Positions 59,403 to 64,000 of a DNA stretch of 64,000 nt are shown in pieces. Source of the DNA: Sporopachydermia quercuum. Its lineage: Eukaryota. Made by a program: the position numbers and the translations under genes. The stretch covers positions 384,433-448,432 of the forward strand of contig BCGN01000007.1 of NCBI GenBank assembly GCA_001599295.1, given 5' to 3'. The notes beneath the pieces were generated by a model. The model did not search any database, was not told the DNA's origin, and worked only from the letters and a program-made list of their open reading frames with translations. How positions within the stretch are numbered: position 1 is the first letter of the stretch; each line of letters opens with the position of its first letter.

Positions 59403-62400
59403 ATTCAGCTTCTTTGTATTAAAAATATTAGAAGGATTAATAGTATTGCCAATATAGCAAACTCTGATACTATAATTGAGAAAGCTTTGATATGTTTACT
59501 CTTTGATGGTTGTATAAATCAACTTGAATCAAATGATGTTCTAGAAAGGAATTCACCCTTTATATATCTAAAAATTTGAACAAAGGAATGGGAAGTAGAG
59601 AAATTTCGAGGTGACTGAAATAGGCAAGTAGAATAGTAGATTTAATGAATTATAAGATGAATCTTAGAGAATCAACCTGAAGTTTGTTTTTTAATTAGTA
59701 AGAACTTTTGGTTATTCCTTTTCGTCGTTTAAACTTTAGACACTAAAGACTGGCTAAAAAGAAAGGTTATTTAAATAAAGTTGAGAGGAAAAAGCTGCTA
59801 CTTTGATGATATATTGTGGAGAAATAAATATGTGCTAGATAATACTGTGCTTGTCAATCTAAGAATGTGATTTGATATGAAAGTAAAATGGGAAAAAAAA
59901 AAAATAATGCTTCAGTCAAAACGGGGATGAAAGTTATAGTAGTAAATGGCAAATGTGGAGAAAAAGTTTAATTCTCGTTTGGAGTAAGAATGGCAAAGTT
60001 TATATTAGCTTTTACTTGGTAGCCCGGTAAGATGAAAATAATCTTACACAACAGGTAGATGATGTTAAAACGGATATACCAGGCAGTTGAAAGGTGATAT
60101 CCAGCTCAGACTCTACTCATATAGCTAGTTTATTACAAAAGATATTGTAGTTCTATTGCTGATGTTGATTATTTGATCTGTGCTACTCTCCGCATTTGCC
60201 TCCACTTTACTTTCAACAGTTGGTGATTGATTGTCAAATGAGTTCCTTTGCAGTGATATCAGCAAACTTTGATCCGGCAATCTGAATTAACACTAAATTA
60301 AATCCGGGGTAAATATAACTAGTTAATAATTAACTTGACGTACTAATAGGATACTAAACAACGCCATGAACAATAGATTCCTGGTGTTTATTGAACGGCT
60401 ATTAAGAAGCAACAGGTTGAGCGTTAATGGATATCCGAAAATCAAATGTAAAGTTTAATTAGAGTTTAATAGCTGAGCTTAATATATTTAGAGTTCTAAA
60501 TGTGAGCATCATTGCGTTCGCAAAGTTGAATTTTATCTCATGGAACTGTGTTTGAATATTTAGAACATAAGACTTGTCAGTAGAGGAATACTTAACACTA
60601 GTATAGTTCCTATATAAAAAAAAATCATCAAAAAATTTAGAAGAAACTGCTATAAAATCAAGTTGAAATCAAAAATCCCTGAATTTAGTAGAGGTACATT
60701 TAGAAGAACTTTTGATCAAATGAGCAATTAAAGTTAAGATTTCAGGAAAATCAGATATCCTGAACTGAAACTTATTTTATCTGACTCANGTTCATATGAG
60801 AAATAAAATCACTAAGCAATAATAGCGGGATACTTCTCATCTCAGCTTTTTGTTTCTATTTATTCACCAGTAATTTGTAAACAAACTGTCCTTCAAGAAA
60901 TAGGGACAGAGTTTAGTTACCTTTATACATTCGATGGAATATCAGTAACAAGAGCTGGTGTTGTAGATGAATCAGCAACTGTTCCGGTTAATGTCCCGCA
61001 AAAAAAAAAGACTCTCAAAGATACCTCAGAAGTTTATATTATCTTTGACAACTNGATGTTGTAAAAAGAGGAAAATAAACTAAGTTTCATGATGATCTTC
61101 ATTTCCAACGGTTTAATGACTGACATTCTTAGAGTAATTGGTTGATTGGTGGACCTCAGAAATTCCTGATTCTGAGATTTCTAAATCAACATTGAAACCC
61201 TTTTTCAATGTTCCCACTTTGTTGATCACAAAAATACCTGCTGATACTCAATCGATCCCTTATTCTGACGATGTGTCCTAAGTATAAGAGAAATTGAGAA
61301 GACTTGATTGCAAGTTGCAAGATAAAGTCTCATTACCTCTCCTGAAGCTTAGATAATCGAAATTATGCTTTAATACCCCACAATTTGCATTAGCTTGGGG
61401 GAAACGTTAACTTTATACTAGTTTCATTTTCCCTTTCGAGCAATCAAAATGCGGAGAACTAAGATCAAAGATCACAAGGTCAGAAAGATAAAAAAAACCA
61501 TTCTAATTGAAATGTAAATTGAATCTAATGGCAGGGAAAACTTGGAACTCATAAAAACTACTAAAATTTTTATTTCAGTTATCAAATTTTATTACTGGGT
61601 AAAGCTAATTTTGTTGAAAAATGGGAAACCTCCAGTTGAATTAAAGTTTACTCAGGGCATAATTCTGTTTATCCGAAGTACAGTTTGTAGTTCGGGAGGT
61701 AAACCTTATTTTCTCTTTGTCAAGTTTGTTTTTGATGGTAAATATTTCTATATATACCCTATTGCTGTAACGATTTAAATGCTGCCTCTTCTACTTCGCA
61801 AATATCAATATTAAAAGTAGTTGCAAAATACTAAATTTGTACTGGATATACACTTTTGAAATTCGTAGCATATCCGTAAAACAATGGATCATTCACTCTC
61901 TTATCATTTTCTGTTCTTAGTCTTTTTCATTGATGTGGTTTTTAACCTTTAGTTAACATTCTTCAAACTTTATTATACCCGGGTATTCGCTTATCCTCAA
62001 CTCAAACATTTCCATCTATCTTTCATTTTCTAACATTTCTTTGTTCGACGCATTTCATTCGCTCTATACTCACTCTCATTGTATCTTTCTTTGATAACAG
62101 TTTATCCATTATACTCTATCCACCAGTTAATATGTTAGACAGCCGTATNAACTTTGTTGTATCAGTACATAATGCCTACCCCATACTTTTTTTCTCCGTA
62201 CATAATGTGCTCAGGCTCAATAATCATTCACTCGTTGAAATTTTATCCTTCANTTAATAGATTTGTTTCCTTTTAAATGCTCGGAATTCGTTTTCTTTAA
62301 TTTTGTCAAATTTCGGAGAATCTTTCTATCTAAATATCGTGACTGTAATTATCTTTGTTGTTTTCTGAAGGAATCATTTATTGTACTAGTACTATATGAT

Positions 62401-62656
62401 TTTTAATTCAGCTTTTCCTTGCTAATCATTTATAATAATTGATCATACGTTTTTCACTACTCACTTCTTACTGGAAGTTATCAGAGGTTCTGAAAACATA
62501 TATAAACGATATTCTCTCGTTTGGATTACCGAACTTGTCTTTCAATCTGATTTTTCCTTAACAAGTTTTGATTTCTTTTAAACGAAATTAAGCATAGTAA
62601 TAATTCGTCTAACAAACAACAATTATTATTCACTTTATATCAAATATATATACAAA

Positions 62657-63922
62657 ATGACTACCTCAGTTATTCCTGAATTCGAAGAAGCTACGCCAGA
62701 GAAAAAGCAAATCATCATTATAGGTGCTGGCCCAACTGGTTTGTTCTTAGCTTTGAAGCTTGTTCAAGCAGGAATCAATGTTCTTGTAATTGAAGCAGAG
62801 GACCAAATCAATCAATCACCAAGAGCAACCACTTATGTTCCAATTGTCTTGAATGAAATGGAAAAAGTAGGTATCATTGATGATGTTCTGAAAGCTGGTT
62901 ACACTAATACTGAAGGTATTCTTTTCAGAAAACCTTTCTACAAGGGTGATACAATTCTAGCAAACCAATCTTTAGGTTTGATTCCAAAGGGTGTCTTGAA
63001 ATATGGACACGCTGGTGTTCACTTAGGGCAACCTTTACTGGCAGCAATCATTCTCAAGCATGCTAAGAACTATCCAAATTTTGAAATTCACTATGGTGAG
63101 AGATATGGTGGTGCCAGAGAAGATCCTGTTACTCACGAAATCTCGGTTATCACTACTGATTTCAAAACAAGAAAGGAGAAGTTTTACACCACTGACTACT
63201 TGGTTGGATGTGACGGGGCTGGCTCCGCAGTTAGAAAATCGTTAGCAATTCCATTTGAAGGTTTCACATGGCAAGATTTCAGATTCATGGCAACAAACGT
63301 TCGTTATAACTTTGAGAAGTATGGTTACTCAGCAGCAAACATGATTGTTGACGAAGAAGATTGGGCAGTCATTGCAAGAGCAGGACCTGCTGATGAAAAC
63401 ATTTGGAGAATTGCTTATGGTGTGAGAACCTCAGTTCCAGATGATAAGTTATTGGATACCATTAAAGACAAGTTTGAGAAGTTGATTCCAGGCCCAAGAC
63501 CCTTGGAGTATGAATTACTTGCTGCAAATCCTTACTGGGCTCATCAAAGAATTGCCAAAACCTACAGAGTTGGCAGAATAATCCTATGTGGTGATGCTTC
63601 TCACTCTAATAACCCAATTGGAGGTTTAGGGTTAACTTCTGGTTTGTTAGACTCTTCCACTCTTGGATCTTGTCTTATCAAGATTATTAATGAAAATGCT
63701 GATTCTGAATCATATTTGGAAAGATATGCTGTGGGTAGAAGAACTGCCTANAAGGAATATACTTACACTCAAAGTATTCAAAACAAATTGAGATTACATT
63801 CTGATGATCCTGAAATTGTTAAGAAAAGAGAAGATTTCTTTGACTCGATTAATAACGATCCTGATTTCCATGTTAAGGTAGCTAACATGATGAACGAAGT
63901 TCTTCAAGACGACTTTGAGTAA
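62657..63922 (+). CDS. Group A FAD-dependent aromatic monooxygenase, PnpA (p-nitrophenol 4-monooxygenase)-like
   Basis: GAGPTG, YLVGCDGAGSAVRK (DG motif) and RIILCGDASHSNNPIGGLGL (GD motif). SPRA..Y.P, FEGFTW..ATNVRY.F..GYS.AN..D..DWAV and NPY..HQR resemble PnpA as I recall it. Confidence 0.85.
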   Translation: MTTSVIPEFEEATPEKKQIIIIGAGPTGLFLALKLVQAGINVLVIEAEDQINQSPRATTYVPIVLNEMEKVGIIDDVLKAGYTNTEGILFRKPFYKGDTILANQSLGLIPKGVLKYGHAGVHLGQPLLAAIILKHAKNYPNFEIHYGERYGGAREDPVTHEISVITTDFKTRKEKFYTTDYLVGCDGAGSAVRKSLAIPFEGFTWQDFRFMATNVRYNFEKYGYSAANMIVDEEDWAVIARAGPADENIWRIAYGVRTSVPDDKLLDTIKDKFEKLIPGPRPLEYELLAANPYWAHQRIAKTYRVGRIILCGDASHSNNPIGGLGLTSGLLDSSTLGSCLIKIINENADSESYLERYAVGRRTAXKEYTYTQSIQNKLRLHSDDPEIVKKREDFFDSINNDPDFHVKVANMMNEVLQDDFE

Positions 63923-64000
63923 TTGAGTCAAATTATGCTCAGGCGCTATAAGCCAAACCTATATATGTTAACGATAGAGAAGTAGATTTTATCTAATTAT

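Overview
AT-rich nuclear DNA from a budding yeast (Saccharomycotina) using the standard code (CUG=Leu). It is probably an early-diverging, intron-richer lineage: it keeps a canonical COP9 subunit 4 and has two-intron versions of genes that are intronless in S. cerevisiae. I can support 18 protein genes: TOM40, an aldo-keto reductase, MED9/CSE2, ERG2, CSN4, a Dif1/Sml1/Spd1-type RNR regulator, CAR2, THOC7/MFT1, GAPDH, LSB6, SMC1, FRA1, CDC4, PTA1, PKC1, STD1/MTH1, an STL1-like sugar porter and a FAD monooxygenase. There is also an intron-containing elongator tRNA-Met. Four gene models (MED9, ERG2, THOC7, PTA1) were rebuilt by hand from splice signals; MED9 is absent from the ORF track. The best leads are: (1) an unexplained ~50% GC multi-hairpin island at 21.03-21.30 kb that looks like a structured ncRNA; (2) a divergent sugar-porter / PnpA-like phenol monooxygenase pair in a gene-poor region beyond the tRNA; (3) a long 5'UTR intron in TOM40. 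All family assignments come from recognising motifs by eye and from memory; no searches were run.
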